A stretch of DNA of 64,000 nucleotides from Trichosphaerium sp. ATCC 40318 (lineage: Eukaryota > Protista > Tubulinea): the NCBI GenBank assembly GCA_038496445.1, contig JALMLS010000033.1, positions 1 to 64,000 on the forward strand, given 5' to 3'. The translations under genes were made by a program, and so were the position numbers. Shown here piece after piece: positions 50,281 through 63,273 of the stretch. Each line of letters opens with the position of its first letter. Position 1 is the first letter of the stretch. The notes beneath the pieces were generated by a model. It ran no database searches, was not told the origin of the DNA, and saw only the letters and a list, made by a program, of their open reading frames with translations.

Positions 50281-51615
50281 ATGACCGACGCTCCGCAGCT
50301 TATCTTTAGTGATAAGGCTGCCTTTGATAAAAAGCGTAAAAAGATGCGGGAAGATGGTCCCTTGAAGCTACAAGGTAAAGAAAGGGCTACAAAGTCCAGT
50401 GAATGTAATAATTAGTTAACGGCTATCAGTTGTGGCTGATTTCGATCGAACACTAACTACAGCTACGTCGTATTCAACATATGGCATTGTAGAGAAATGT
50501 GGCTTTTTGAGCGAAAAATACCATGAAACAGTGCGCGGACTATACGCCCACTACTATCCGATAGAGATAGACCATACTATTTCAAAGGTTCGTCGCCATG
50601 TATCTGTGTTCAGCATGTGACCCGTAAAAAGGAGGAAAAGACCATCAAAATGGTTGAATGGTGGACGAAAGTACGTCTATACGCCTTAGAATTACATTTA
50701 AGATCTACAACTCCGAAAAATTAACAATGTGAAGGCAAACAAAGCGCTTGCTGATGAAAACGTTAATATCAGCCTCTTCCCTAAGATGGTGGAGGTTGCT
50801 ACCGTTGCGTTTCGCGATCGTACGTGTACTTTTTTGATTTGAAATTATTATTTTATTTACACCCACGTGAAGATACACGTGATATGTTCAAAGAGTGTGA
50901 GGCAAATAACGTCCCTCTGTTGGTGTTTTCTGCTGGATTGACACCTGTCATTGAGAGTGTATTCATGTAAGTCCGAAAACCTGGTCCAACCCGGTTTTGT
51001 TTGTATTTTTTGTGACACTGCATTTGTATCTATTTTTGGTTTTTGACTTAACGTAGGCACCTTGAAAAGAAGATATACAAGAATATGCATATCGTATCGA
51101 ATAATCTAGGTGTCACCGACACTGGAAAAATAACTGGCCTTAGTGGTAACCTTTATTAATTGTTTTTAACCAAAGGTTTGTTAGCTAATGCCTGCTACTT
51201 TAAGGTACTCTAATTCACGTGTTGAATAAGAACGAATTCACACTACCAACCGATACACCTTGGTATGGTCAAATAAAGAACAGAGACAACGTAATTCTCA
51301 TGGGTACGCAGTCATAAAACCTTGAAAAAAGAGATTATTAAACAACTTCAAGGTGATCACACTGGTGATGCCTCTATGGCTGATAAACTGCCTCATGGCG
51401 AGATTATTAGAATTGGTTTCCTAAACTCAAAGGTAACGAGAAATTCTCATTCAAAGACACTGTACGGGCAATTGTTTTTTGATTTCTATTTTTAGGTTGA
51501 GGAAAATATTGAAAATTATAAGAAACTATTCGATGTTGTAGTCACTAATGATGGAACAATGGAGTTTGCTTTGAAGCTCATAAAAGAGATTTTACATAAT
51601 AAAGATTTCTTGTAG
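50281..51615 (+). CDS. Cytosolic 5'-nucleotidase III / pyrimidine 5'-nucleotidase (HAD family)
   Basis: LQ|VVADFDRTLT, HYYPIEID, KMVEWWTK, PLLVFSAG, IHVLNKNE, NVILMGD, IGFLN and FDVVVTND motifs. Confidence 0.9.
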
Positions 51616-51683
51616 AAAGAATTCACAACAAAGTTCGGGAGTACCTCTGAAGGGATGGCTTTTTTATTGTTTTTTTTTTTTGT

Positions 51684-53977
51684 TCAATTTTTTTCGTCCA
51701 TTGTAATGCCGGTCGTCCTCTGTTTTGGTGGTTGCCAGTATACTGCTATTACTACAGTAGATAATAGTATGCAAATAAATCCATTGATAAGAGACATAAG
51801 TGACCATTGTGGTAGTCCTGAGATTATAACTTGGCGTTCTTGTTGAGGTGAAAAAACAGGTAACATTGCAATCAACATTATAGGCATCAAAGCTAAAAGA
51901 GGGTAATGTAATATTCCTTTTTTGATTCTCTGGTATTCTAATAGTGATAAAGGGCCAAAGCTGTCTTGAATCAATTCTGGCGCATCACTTGACATTGTCG
52001 TCTAAACGAGTTCAATATGAAAAACAATTTCATTCGATAAACTAAGTTATATTACCATATCTATCGAACTTGCTGTCTTCCTCTGGTATGCTTTTCGTAC
52101 TATATTTACAGTGAAGAATACAATGGTGTTGGCAATAAAAGCATACAGCCCTATGTCCACACCGTAAAATCGAGAAAAACCAGATATTGCAAGAGCTATA
52201 AGAATCACCATTCCAACGATAATCCCGCTTAAAACCTCGGTTGATTTTACCTCTAATACATGTTATTATAGACGAATTTCTACTAAGGGTGGTACCGAAA
52301 GAAGGGAATACTAGAGGTAAGAATAGACCCATAAAAAGCTGTGCTGTAATACCACCTTGTATAACGAAAAGAGTTGTTAAATTAATATTCCAAAAAAGAC
52401 TGACGGCCATACAACCGAATAACAATAGCGCATTTGATACTCTTCCAATGATAAGCGCCTTTTTATCTGATATAGAAGGCCAGATCAAACCCTAGAAACA
52501 TATAAGCGCCATAACAAAGCTCGCACGTGCCTTTACAATGTCCGTTATAAATATGTATCCAACAGACATTAAAGCTGAGTCTAAAGAAGACATAACAGCA
52601 GCAATTAAAATAGATGTAAAAATACTAACAATCCAATAGTAAGCGCCATGAAGGTCAAGTAAGTCTCTGAAAACAAGAGAAATAACTTGATCAGAATCTT
52701 CTTGTTTCAATAAAGGGTATCGTAAAATAGCTTGTACTCCAAGTAATACTGAAGGTATATGTCTAAAGTACGTTGTCCACAATCCTATTTAAAATAAATA
52801 ATCACACGTGATTGTCACGTGAAAACGACTTACCGATGATGTAAACGTTTTTAACTACTTGTTCGTCTCTCGCTGCTATGATTCGTTGTATGGCTGGTGC
52901 GTTGAATCCAGCAAGGGATGTGATGATAATAAAAGAAGCCCAACTTACTAAGGAGTTGTTATTACTCTGAAATACAACAATGCCTAAAACTACCTGTATT
53001 TTCTATTGTTGGTGTTGAAGTGTATACTTCATTAGTTTCATTCAAGGACTCTACAGCTTTCCCAATACCACCAAAAGTGTATCCTACTACAAAATACAAA
53101 AATATACCGCCGAGGATAAGCATGGAGCCCTTGAAATAAGAGTTATAAAGCATTATTATTTTACAACTCGCACCTGTATTAAGTCTGTCAATACCACTGA
53201 ACGGAAGCCACCAATGCTCTCATAAATCAATACTATGATAACAAGAAAGGAAGCACCCCAAACGGCTGGAACGCCTATAAGTCCCTCGTAACACAACTTT
53301 ACAAACTGATAACTAAGCATACAATACCTCTACAAAATCTCCCATGGCTTTACATTGAGACAAGACTTGTACACTTCCATAAGCAATCCACGTTAGGCTG
53401 TATACCAAAGCTAATATCTTTGAATCGTAGCTGCAAATGGTCAGACTTTCAAAAGAAACGAAGAATCGTACAGGTAGATAATAAGGTCGCTGGGCGCTAA
53501 GAACTTCTTTTGTCTGACAAGTCTAAAAAGTTGAGGAGCCCACATTGCGCCAATCAAGAAAATGCCAATGTCGACTTGAGACCACCTAAGAGCAACAAAA
53601 CCTAAGTGATGAGTGAACACGAACTACTGAAAAATACATTTCAAATCATAGACCTGTACGTCACGTGATATTTTTTTTTTGTCTTTAATTTTTTACCCTG
53701 ACGCTTACCTGTACGAAAAGCATCGCCGGGAATACCAACATAATTGTATCCAGACGTCAAAAAAGATAATAGCGTAAAAGCTAGAACAACGTTTCCCAAA
53801 TTTTGACCTGCCAAGTAGTAATCGCCTAGAAGGAACCAATTTAAACCAATGTTAAGTTAAAAATGTACCTAGCGTTTGTTGCCTTGCGTATAAGCGCCCA
53901 TATAGCGCTATACCGATTATGAACAATAAATATATGCCCAAGCAAACGTAGACGCCATAACCTAAGTCCAGAACCAT
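51684..53977 (-). CDS. Sodium:solute symporter family transporter
   Basis: GDYYLAGQNLG, SGYNYVGIPG, YESIGGFRSVVLTD, QRIIAARDE and IAAVMSSLDSAL motifs, with many TM helices. Confidence 0.88.
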
Positions 53978-54108
53978 TTTAAATGCTGTCAAGGAAAGTC
54001 GTCTCTATTCAATATTGTTTAAAAATGTATGTAGCCCCACTGCGTAACTACAAGATTGTAAGTCTTCCTTCATTAGTTATACAAAGCTATGTCTTTTTAT
54101 TAACTTTA

Positions 54109-54905
54109 TTACAACGAGCAAGCCCATGCTATTGCATCAACATGTACAGCAAAGTCAAATGAAATTAGCTCTGTAAAAGTTTTCTTCTTATTGCACTCCC
54201 ATAGCCATCCTATAAACTGTCTTCGTTGTAGGATATTGTGTACTTCTTTATTTAATTGCAGTAGAATCGACATCTCAGATTCTTTCAGTTTAAACCGCCA
54301 TGAATGTCCTCTCTTGGGTGTATCAAGGAAAGTTATCCATCTGACAAAGTAAGTATTTTTTTGGTTTCTATTGCATTGATTTTTCGAAAACAAATTCGCA
54401 TCATCAGAGGTACCTTGATAGTAACCTTTCGGGACTCTGTCGCTCTGACGTTTAGTGTATTTTTCTGGACACGAAGAGAAATATCCACAGACAACATAAA
54501 TGAATCGTGATTACTAATAAACCGTTACAAAATTCCTGCCGTACACTACAAGATAGAGTGTTTCTTTGTTGTCACATATTGGTATAACGCGTAGCTGAAG
54601 ATTGATAGATGTAACTAACGCATACCCTATGGCATTGTATTTTTACCAAAAAACTTCTGCAGCTTTGGGTCATAGTCCAACGAAAAGAGGGAGAACGGAT
54701 CCTAGCGTTACAAACCAAATAAAATTAAAGAAAAATCAAAAAGTGAATTTTACGTACAACACTCTTTTCTATGTGACTATTAATATCTCTTGTAGAATTA
54801 TCAGATGAGCTCAGATTGGCATGGAAAGAGAACACTAATACAGTTTGTATTCAATACAGTACAAAATTGAGGCTCTAGCGGCGTAGTCGTTGTAAAACTA
54901 GTCAT
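54109..54905 (-). pseudogene. Uncharacterised HSF/ETS-like family, copy 3 (degenerate)
   Basis: Homologous exons are present (DPFSLFSLDYDP...; WITFLDTPKRGHSWRF...AWACSL), but there is a frameshift after KFFGKNTMP (~54630) and stops in the first exon. Confidence 0.7.
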
Positions 54906-55096
54906 GACAGAATTATTTACAAAGCACGTGTCTAAAAGCTGACTTAAATAGATATTGTTTACTTAGTTCAGTTAAATACACAGTGTTGAACGACAACGTA
55001 ATGACTTATTCAAAGCGTTGCATTCCATGAGTTCATAGGAAATGAGAACAAATCAAGAATCAATACATATTGTAGCTATTTGACCGACTGTGGGTA

Positions 55097-57039
55097 CTAA
55101 TTGAATGATTCAAATATTACAGTAAGGTCTGGATTCGATTCATTAAGAAAGTTTCCATGGTAAGTAGCACGAATATCAGATGGATCTTCATTCTGGTCTA
55201 CGAAAAGAATCGTCAAAGAAAACAAAACTGAAACCTTGCAACTAGTATGCATGCTATGTTAATGCGTACCTGGGGGCTTTGTTATTTTAAAGCGTCTCAC
55301 GATACTACTAATCATTACGACAAGCTCTGTCAGTGCAAGGTTCTGACCAATACAGTTTCTTGGACCAGCACTGAATGGAATCCAAGAAAAAGAGCTTGCG
55401 TCGTTGTTAATAAATCTATCTGGATTGAATATATTTGGGTTTTCCCTGTGAGTTAACAGTTAAATAAAACCTCAAGTATTACACCACATACCATAGTTCT
55501 GGGTCACGCATCACAAAGAATATTGTCAGCAGAACGTTTTGACCGGAACTTATTGTTGTATTTCCCACGGTAAGGTCTTTGTTTAGAGCACGTGGTAAAT
55601 TGATGACAGGTGGATACATTCTCAGAGTCTCCCTGTGATAAATAAAATTTAGGTTCTGACCAATATAAAGAGAGCGTACTTGATGAATGCTTTTGTGTAC
55701 TTGAACTCATGAAGTTGTTGCTTTGTTGATATTGTTTCACCATCACCTTATTTGTTCATTTAGTTCATTGTCATTGGCTGGAATTGTACATACTTAGTAG
55801 GTCATTCGCCTCTTGTTTTAGTTTTTCTTGAATTTCTGGATACCTTGACATGACGTACAGTGCCCAAGCAAGTGTGATAGATGTCTAGGTTCGTATTAAT
55901 AGTAAAACTGGTATGTGACATACTGTGTCAAATCCTGCAAAGAAAAATAACAGAGCTTCATTTGCTATTGTAGCATCTGTAAGAATATCTGGATTGTCAG
56001 ATTGTGCCAACAACATCAGAGTTATCAAGTCATCACAAGGATTTCCTTCGTTAATGCGTCTACGTCTGTCATCAATAGCAGCAAATAACTTACCAAGAAG
56101 TTCAGCTTTGAGTTGACCATACTGTCTACAGACTTGTTTAGCAAGAAAGTGGAATAAAACACGAATCTCGTACTTGTATTCAAAGAGGCCAGCTGAGAGC
56201 AACTTGTACTTAAGATGTGTACCTAATGATTTCAAGAGTTTAGGGAAGTGATTCGCCAACCAGACATGATCGAAATCGCCACCAAATATCAAAGAAACAA
56301 TGATACGCATTGTTATCAGTGACGTTTCTTTCTTTGGTGTTGCTTCAAATTTACCATTTTTCATTTTCTTTTCAATATCGTCTAAACCCTTCGCTGTCAT
56401 CTCTGATATCATTGGAATCATCGCTTTCAATGATTTAAAGTGAAACACGGGTGTCAGTAATCTCCTACGGGCCTTCCAAACATCATCTGTTTGCATAGTT
56501 ACAAGACCATCTCCAAACATGTCTCCGATCTACACAAAAAGTAAGTCTGACATTGTTATTTTGACCGAGAAAAAAATGTCGTTTCGTGATGCCGTTTGGT
56601 TTGCACGTGATAAACATGACGTACAAGTTTATAATTTGCCAGATTCTTAGGCACGTTATCGCGTAATAAGAGCTGTTTAATTATACTACTATCGCTGACG
56701 CTGATAATATAGTGACCACTGACGGGGTGAATGCCCATTACTGTCACTTTATGGAGTTTGTTCTCTTTTGTCTTTGGCCATTTAATAATTCGGTTTACAT
56801 AATATCTTTGTGGTATTAGTTCTGTAGTACTTGTGAAGTGTAAAAACATCTACAACGTACGTTTTAGGATCAGTACCAAAACTCCAAGGGAATATTAAAG
56901 CGTTAGGATGCCGTGGTAGTCCAAGGTACCAGAATTTAACTTTTAGAAAACTGACAGCCTTCTTGCCATACACACGTAAGAAAGCTGCAATAAGCGCTAA
57001 CACGACGACAATTAAAATGAGTACAGCTGATGTGTCCAT
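55097..57039 (-). CDS. Cytochrome P450 (CYP4-clan-like), copy A
   Basis: N-terminal TM anchor, WKARRRLLTPVFHF, AGFDT (I-helix), ETLR, FNPDRF and the heme motif FSAGPRNCIG. Confidence 0.93.
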
Positions 57040-57466
57040 CTGATAAGGAGTAATAATAATTGGGGTTGTTAAAAAGTAACTAATTTTTCTTTATCTCAAT
57101 CCTGCGAAATTTATGTTGAGGTTTCTTATGCAACGCGAGAATTCAAATGACAATCCCAACAGTACAATAACAAACAACCGTAAACAGTTTAAAACTATCT
57201 TGCTACATACTGTTAAAGGCCGTTGTATTTCGCATGAAAAGCAATGAGGTTGTTCACGTGATCTTTGATAACTGTCAAAGTTTATTACATAACTACAAAG
57301 GATTAGAGCTCTTTTTAAAGTAACTTTGGCAAAACACAACCTCTCACAAGACATTCACGTAGATGTCTTCTGGTTAAAAGAATAAACTGCCTATTTCAGA
57401 AAACGTTGTTCGTACTTCTCCAGCTTTGTTTAGCACAACCATACTTCGAGTGGTTTAAGTTATTTA

Positions 57467-58432
57467 TTACAATGAGCAAGCCCATGCTACAGCGTCAACA
57501 TTTACAGCAAAGTCAAAAGAATTAAGCTCAATGTATGACACCTCATCGGTACATTTCCATTTCCACGCGACACAATGTCTTTCATTTAGTACACGGCGTA
57601 CTTCTTGGTTTACTTCCCACCAACGCGATTTCTCAGATTCTTTTAACGAAAACCGCCATGAAAGGCCTTTCTTGCGCGTATCAAGCATGTTAACCCATCT
57701 AGAAAGCAAAAGTAAGCACATCAACATTCTTTTTTTGGTTCAGTGTTAACAGACGAAAAGTCGATCTTTTTTTTTTTTAACAGCTTATAACATACCTAGA
57801 TATTGACCTATACGTGCTGTACGCGTTTATAGGTCTCTTAGTTTTCTCCGAGCAGAATATAGCTACTGAAAGCATGAATGAGTCGTGGTTACTACCAAGT
57901 GTAAGTATAACACGTGTAACAATCAAGGTAAAAAACAAATGGCCCCAATCTTATTTTTTAGCAACGTACACAACTTGATAAAAACTTCCTTCCTGACTAT
58001 CCACAGGTATAACGCCTAGCTTTAGAGATATTGTCATAGCCAAGGCATATAATACAGGTCTTGTTGATTTACCGAAGACTTTCTGTAGCATTGGTTCATA
58101 GTCTAAAAAGAAGAGGGAGAACGGATCCTTTATGAAAAAATTAGTAAAAAAAATATCTGATAAAATGGTGCTCCTTTTGCTCTTTGTAAACAGCGTACCG
58201 CGCTCTCATTACTTTTTTCTCCATTGTCGTCTTTGTTACCATTCAGAGCGAAGCTCACCTCTTTGTAACTGGGTACGCCAATGTTATTATTGTTTAGGAC
58301 TGTACAAAACTTTGGGGTGACTGGTATCATGTGATCAATGCAGATTTTCTTAGTGAACTCTTTGCTGTTGGCGAAGCTGATAGAATTGCCTTTGAAGTGA
58401 TTACGCAATGTGAATCCACCTGAGCGCATCAT
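57467..58432 (-). CDS. Uncharacterised HSF/ETS-like family, copy 2
   Basis: Intact four-exon frame with the same intron positions as copy 1 and many synonymous differences. The start could be 58432 or 58330. Confidence 0.75.
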
Positions 58433-59539
58433 GAATTAGTTTGACATGACGCGTCATCGTAATGTGAATTTAAAGACGCTGTCACGTGCCTAAGCCTTTT
58501 TTTGTGCAGGATGGGCGGTTTGTTTGCTTTTTTTTTTCACCTTTTATCGAGATGCGAAGGAGGTTGCGCAGAGACGTCAATACTCGTATGCGGCCGGACT
58601 AGAAGTGGTTTTAGCTAACAAGTTGTTTTTTTGTGTTTCTTCTTTATTTCAAGAGTTAAACACGTGCCGTAGTGGGTAGCGAAGTTTGGGTGTTGATTTA
58701 TCCGGTTGATATTGGTAGAAGTAGTAGAAACAAGTGAGGCAATGTAGGTCCATGTTGTGAGTGTATGAGTCGCGTTGGTGGGAAGTATACCAAGAGCGAA
58801 AAGTACAGAAACTAGCCGCGCTAGTATTGCAAGGATTAAATCATACAAAGGCGTCTCCAGACTGGAGAATCACCTCTCTACCCTATAGTAAAACATTAGA
58901 AAGCGCGCTTCACACAAACTGTTAAAGTTAGTATTGTACCTTGTTGCAATACCTGTGAAGAGGGAGTAGTGGCAATATTGATATTTAACTAAGAATTTGA
59001 TGTCAAAGGAGATCCAAATTGTCAACACTCGTCATGTCGCGGCGGTCCACTAACCGTACGGCACTATGAATAGCTCTAGTACCAAGGAGTCGCTAATAAG
59101 CATCAATAGCAACAAACGCAGGTATGGTAGTGACTGTCGTGTTTAATGCTAGGTGGCTATTGAGTGCTACCCGCTTTTGTTTAAGATTTTGATAACACTA
59201 AGTTATTTTGCTTCATGGGTTCGCCATCACAGGTCTTTCTGCGCATTCTGTGCCAACAAAATTATAAGTACCGGTTGAAAAGGAGTGTTTGTAATCACGT
59301 GATGTTGAACAGTTTTTTCAGAATTATTTAAATGTCACTTGTTAAGTTTTGACTGATATTAGGTACCTAAGGAGTTTATTACGAGATGATGTATGCTACG
59401 GGATTTGTCTGCGGACACTTATCGAAACCAAACACAATTTTTTTAAACTCCGTTACAAGTACCGAAAACGGGTCAAATCGTCTTTATCTAAGATAAGAAT
59501 AATACTTGAATATTAGTTCTCAACAAGAACGGGAAACCA

Positions 59540-59985
59540 TTATAGAACACAAGCTGGAACAATTAGGACTATTTTTATTTTGCTACTGACTAACTGTTTT
59601 AGGGGATCATACCATTTTAACCTATAATCTAAAGTTCTTGCGTTGACGGAATATATGACTTTATTTAGTGCACAACAGCTGAATTGTAAATAAACTCCTC
59701 GTTCGCAATTTGAGTACAGAAGCAGTAGCAACGTATATAAAAACAGAGCCATTACCATCAATAGAAAATAATATCATCGGTGATTTGTCTATTGGCTACC
59801 AAACAGTCATTTCCAACATTCCAAAAATAGTTTTTTACTACATGTTCTCCATCTGCAACGAAGGAGGTTTCTGAGCTACGGACATAAACTTAGGAGCTCT
59901 GGCAAGTGGCCATAATTACGTTCACGTTAGAACATCTAAGTTTCTTGAATATAATTGTCTCCGCCTTAATGCTTAATGGATCCAT
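59540..59985 (-). pseudogene. Possible F-box/LRR-type relic
   Basis: MDPLSIKAETIIFKKL...SS*VYV...QITDDIIFYL; weak similarity and an in-frame stop. Confidence 0.3.
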
Positions 59986-60069
59986 ACTATGCAATGTTCA
60001 ATATTATTACAGTTGGAAGCTAACAATTTATTTACAGAATAAACTTATGTACACCATATTCGGACCTTA

Positions 60070-61995
60070 TTAATTGATTGGTTCGAATAGTACCGTAAGG
60101 TCTGGATTTGGTTCAGTAAGAAATTTACCATGGTAAGTAGCACGAAAATCTGATGGATCTTCATTCTGGTCTACGAAAAGAAACGTCAGAGACAACAAAA
60201 ATAAAGTTTTCAAGTTTAAATTGAATAATTACCTGAAGGCTTTGTTATGTTAAAGCGTCTCACAACACTGCTAATCAATATAACGAGCTCTGTTGTTGCA
60301 AGGTTCTGGCCAATACAGTTTCTTGGACCAGCACTGAATGGAATCCAAGAAAAAGAGCTTGCGCCTGTTGTAATAAATCTATCTGGATTGAATGTATTTG
60401 GGTTTTCCCTGTGAGTTAACAGTTAACTAAAACCTCAAACAATACACCACATACCATAGTTCTGGGTCACGCATCACAAAGAATATGGTCAGAAGGACGT
60501 TTTGGCCTGCCTTTAGATTTGTATTGCCCAACATTGTGTCTTTATTTAGAGCACGTGGTAAATTGATGACAGGTGGATACATTCTCAGAGTCTCCCTGTG
60601 ATAAATAAGATTTAGGTTCTGTGGGGTTTTAAAGAGAACATACTTGATAAATGCCTTGGTGTACTTGAACTCAGTAAGTTGTTGCTTTGTTGATATTGTT
60701 TCACCATCACCTTATATGTTCATTTAGTTCATTGTTACTGGCTGGAATTGTACATACTTAGTAGGTCATTCGCCTCTTGTCTTAGTTTTTCTTGAATTTC
60801 TGGATACCTTGACATGACGTACAGTGCCCAAGCAAGTGTAATAGATGTCTAGGTTCGTATTAATACTACAACTTGATAAAATGACATACTGTGTCAAATC
60901 CTGCAAAGAAGAATAACAGAGCTTCATTTGCTATTGTAGCATCTGTAAGAATATCTGGATTATCAGATTGTGCCAACAACATCAGAGTTATCAAGTCATC
61001 ACAAGGATTTCCTTCCTTAATGCGTCTACGTCTATCTTTGATAGCAACATACAACTTGTCCATTAATTCAGCTTTAAGCTCACCAAACTTTCTAAACACC
61101 TTTGTCAGATGTTAAGCTATATAAACGAATTGTACTTGTAGTTGTAAGCCCACCGAAGAGTAAATTATATTGAAGATGCGTGGCCAACGACCTCAAGAGT
61201 TTAGGGAAGTGATTCGCCAACCAGACATGATCGAAATCGCCACCAAATATCAAAGAAACAATGATACGCATTGTTATCAGCGATGTTTCTTTCTTTGGTG
61301 TTGCTTCAAATTTACCATTTTTCATTTTCTTTTCAATATCATCTAAACCCTTTGCTGTCATCTCTGATATCATTGGAATCATCGCTTTCAATGATTTAAA
61401 GTGAAACACAGGTGTCAGTAATCTCCTTCGGGTTTTCCAAACAGCATCTGTTTGCATAGTTACGAGGCCATCTCCAAAAAGTGTTCCAATCTAAAATCAC
61501 GTTCGTCAAAAAAAACAGGAAAAAATTATCCAAAAATAAAAGTATGATCACGTGATAAGGAAAAACAGTTGAAGATTTGCAGGTGGGAACAACGTACAAG
61601 TTTATAATTATCCATGTTCTTAGGTGCGTTATCACGCATTAAAAGCTGTTTAATCATACCACTATCGCTAATACCAATATTGAAGTCACCATTGATTGGA
61701 TGGATATCCAACACAGCTAATTTATGGAGTTTATTGTCTTTGTCTTTGGCCAACGAGAAATACGGTTTACATAATATCTAGCTTGTATTAGTTTACTGGT
61801 AACATAAACATCTACAACGTACGTTTTAGGATCTGTACCAAAGCTCCAAGGGAACGCCAACGCGTCTGGATGGCGTGGAAGTCCAGGGTACATGAATTGA
61901 ACCTTTAGAAAGCTTATAACCTTCTTGCCGTACACACGAAAGAAAGCTATAACGAAGAGTACTATGACAAGCAGTATGAGTGTAGTTGTGGCCAT
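60070..61995 (-). CDS. Cytochrome P450 (CYP4-clan-like), copy B
   Basis: Same motifs and intron positions as copy A; stop TAA at 60070-60072. Confidence 0.93.
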
Positions 61996-62551
61996 GTTGT
62001 GTGGGATAATACGATTTTAATTAGCAAGCTATCGTCACACTTGGAATTATACCGAGATTTCACAGTAAATTATTTTACCGGTAAATAGAAAGATAGCCCT
62101 AGATATTAAAAGTTCCGGCAAAAATAATTTGCCGTAAAAAGTTCACGCGATCAAAACATGTTTGCTTTTTTTTCAGATAATCACAAGCTAGCTTCAGATT
62201 GTACTGTTGTACAGATAGCGCTAGATAGACGATTTCATTTCGGTCCGGTGATTTGTAGTGTTAGATCCTACCATACGACTCAACGTACACAGTATATTTT
62301 GTAGTTCACAGTTTTATCATTGCAGGATGAGAGATGAAGTTTTATTTTAAGCTATAATTTATTGAACTTGTTTTTCTATAACATCTCTCTAGTTGTGAGC
62401 AAAAAAACAGAAAATGTATCCTCTATGCTAGAGTTTGTTTTAGTGATTTGTTTTGTGATACAAACACGATTTTATTAAAGCGCTTAGGCATCTCAATAGG
62501 AAGCCTTTTGAAGTGACATTAACAAGCAGAGCTTCTTCGCCTCTTGTTTCT

Positions 62552-63000
62552 AGCTCAGTTGGTTGAGCGCACGGCTCTCAACTGTACAGTTGGTGTCTCA
62601 CACTCATTTTTGTATGTACATACATCACAGGTTTATGTACAGCCAATTGGTGAAACAAAATCCGAAGATTCTTTGCAGCAATTGGTTTTCTAGTTCATTT
62701 TCTACCAGGATTTAGAGCCTCCTTTTGATGCTTGTAGCATTATTCTATGCACTACTTCTTGTTTTAAACAAAGTACGCAGGTAACATATAAGAAAAAAGG
62801 GCTAATAGAAGTCAATTAAGTTGCGACTTGGTGACTACCTGATACTAATGGCTTGAGTCGCAAAGTCGGTCAGTTGCATAACATCACTAATTACCTACGG
62901 CCACAATCGGCTGTACATAACCTGTGATGTATGTACATACAAAAATGAGTGTGAGACACCAACTGTACAGTTGAGAGCCGTGCGCTCAACCAACTGAGCT
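62552..63000. repeat. ~450-bp element with ~95-bp near-perfect inverted arms (MITE-like or hairpin), with tRNA-like termini
   Basis: 62552-~62650 is the reverse complement of ~62903-63000 (one indel). Each arm starts AGCTCAGTTGGTTGAGCGCACGGCTCTCAACTGT. Confidence 0.88.
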
Positions 63001-63273
63001 CAGTTGGTAATCAGATTTGATCTGATAGGATGTTACTAACAGGAGGTTGTCTCGAAAATTTGTAATGAATCAACAATATCAGAAATAGATTGTCATGTAT
63101 TGAGTAAAGTCAGTCAACTAGACTTGTTTAGAATCACTTATAGATTCCACAAGAAAGTGTTAAACATATATTAGCATTTTTAAGTAAGGGTTATTATATT
63201 TTACATTATTTAAAGCACAAAAGAAAGGAGTTATAGGTGATAAAAGATTTTTTTTCTTTCTTTTTTTTTTTCG

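Noticed and set aside
62545-62620. Functional tRNA-Glu gene
   Set aside because: There is no T-arm/B-box (GGTTCGA) and no complementary acceptor stem; it is reported only as tRNA-like.
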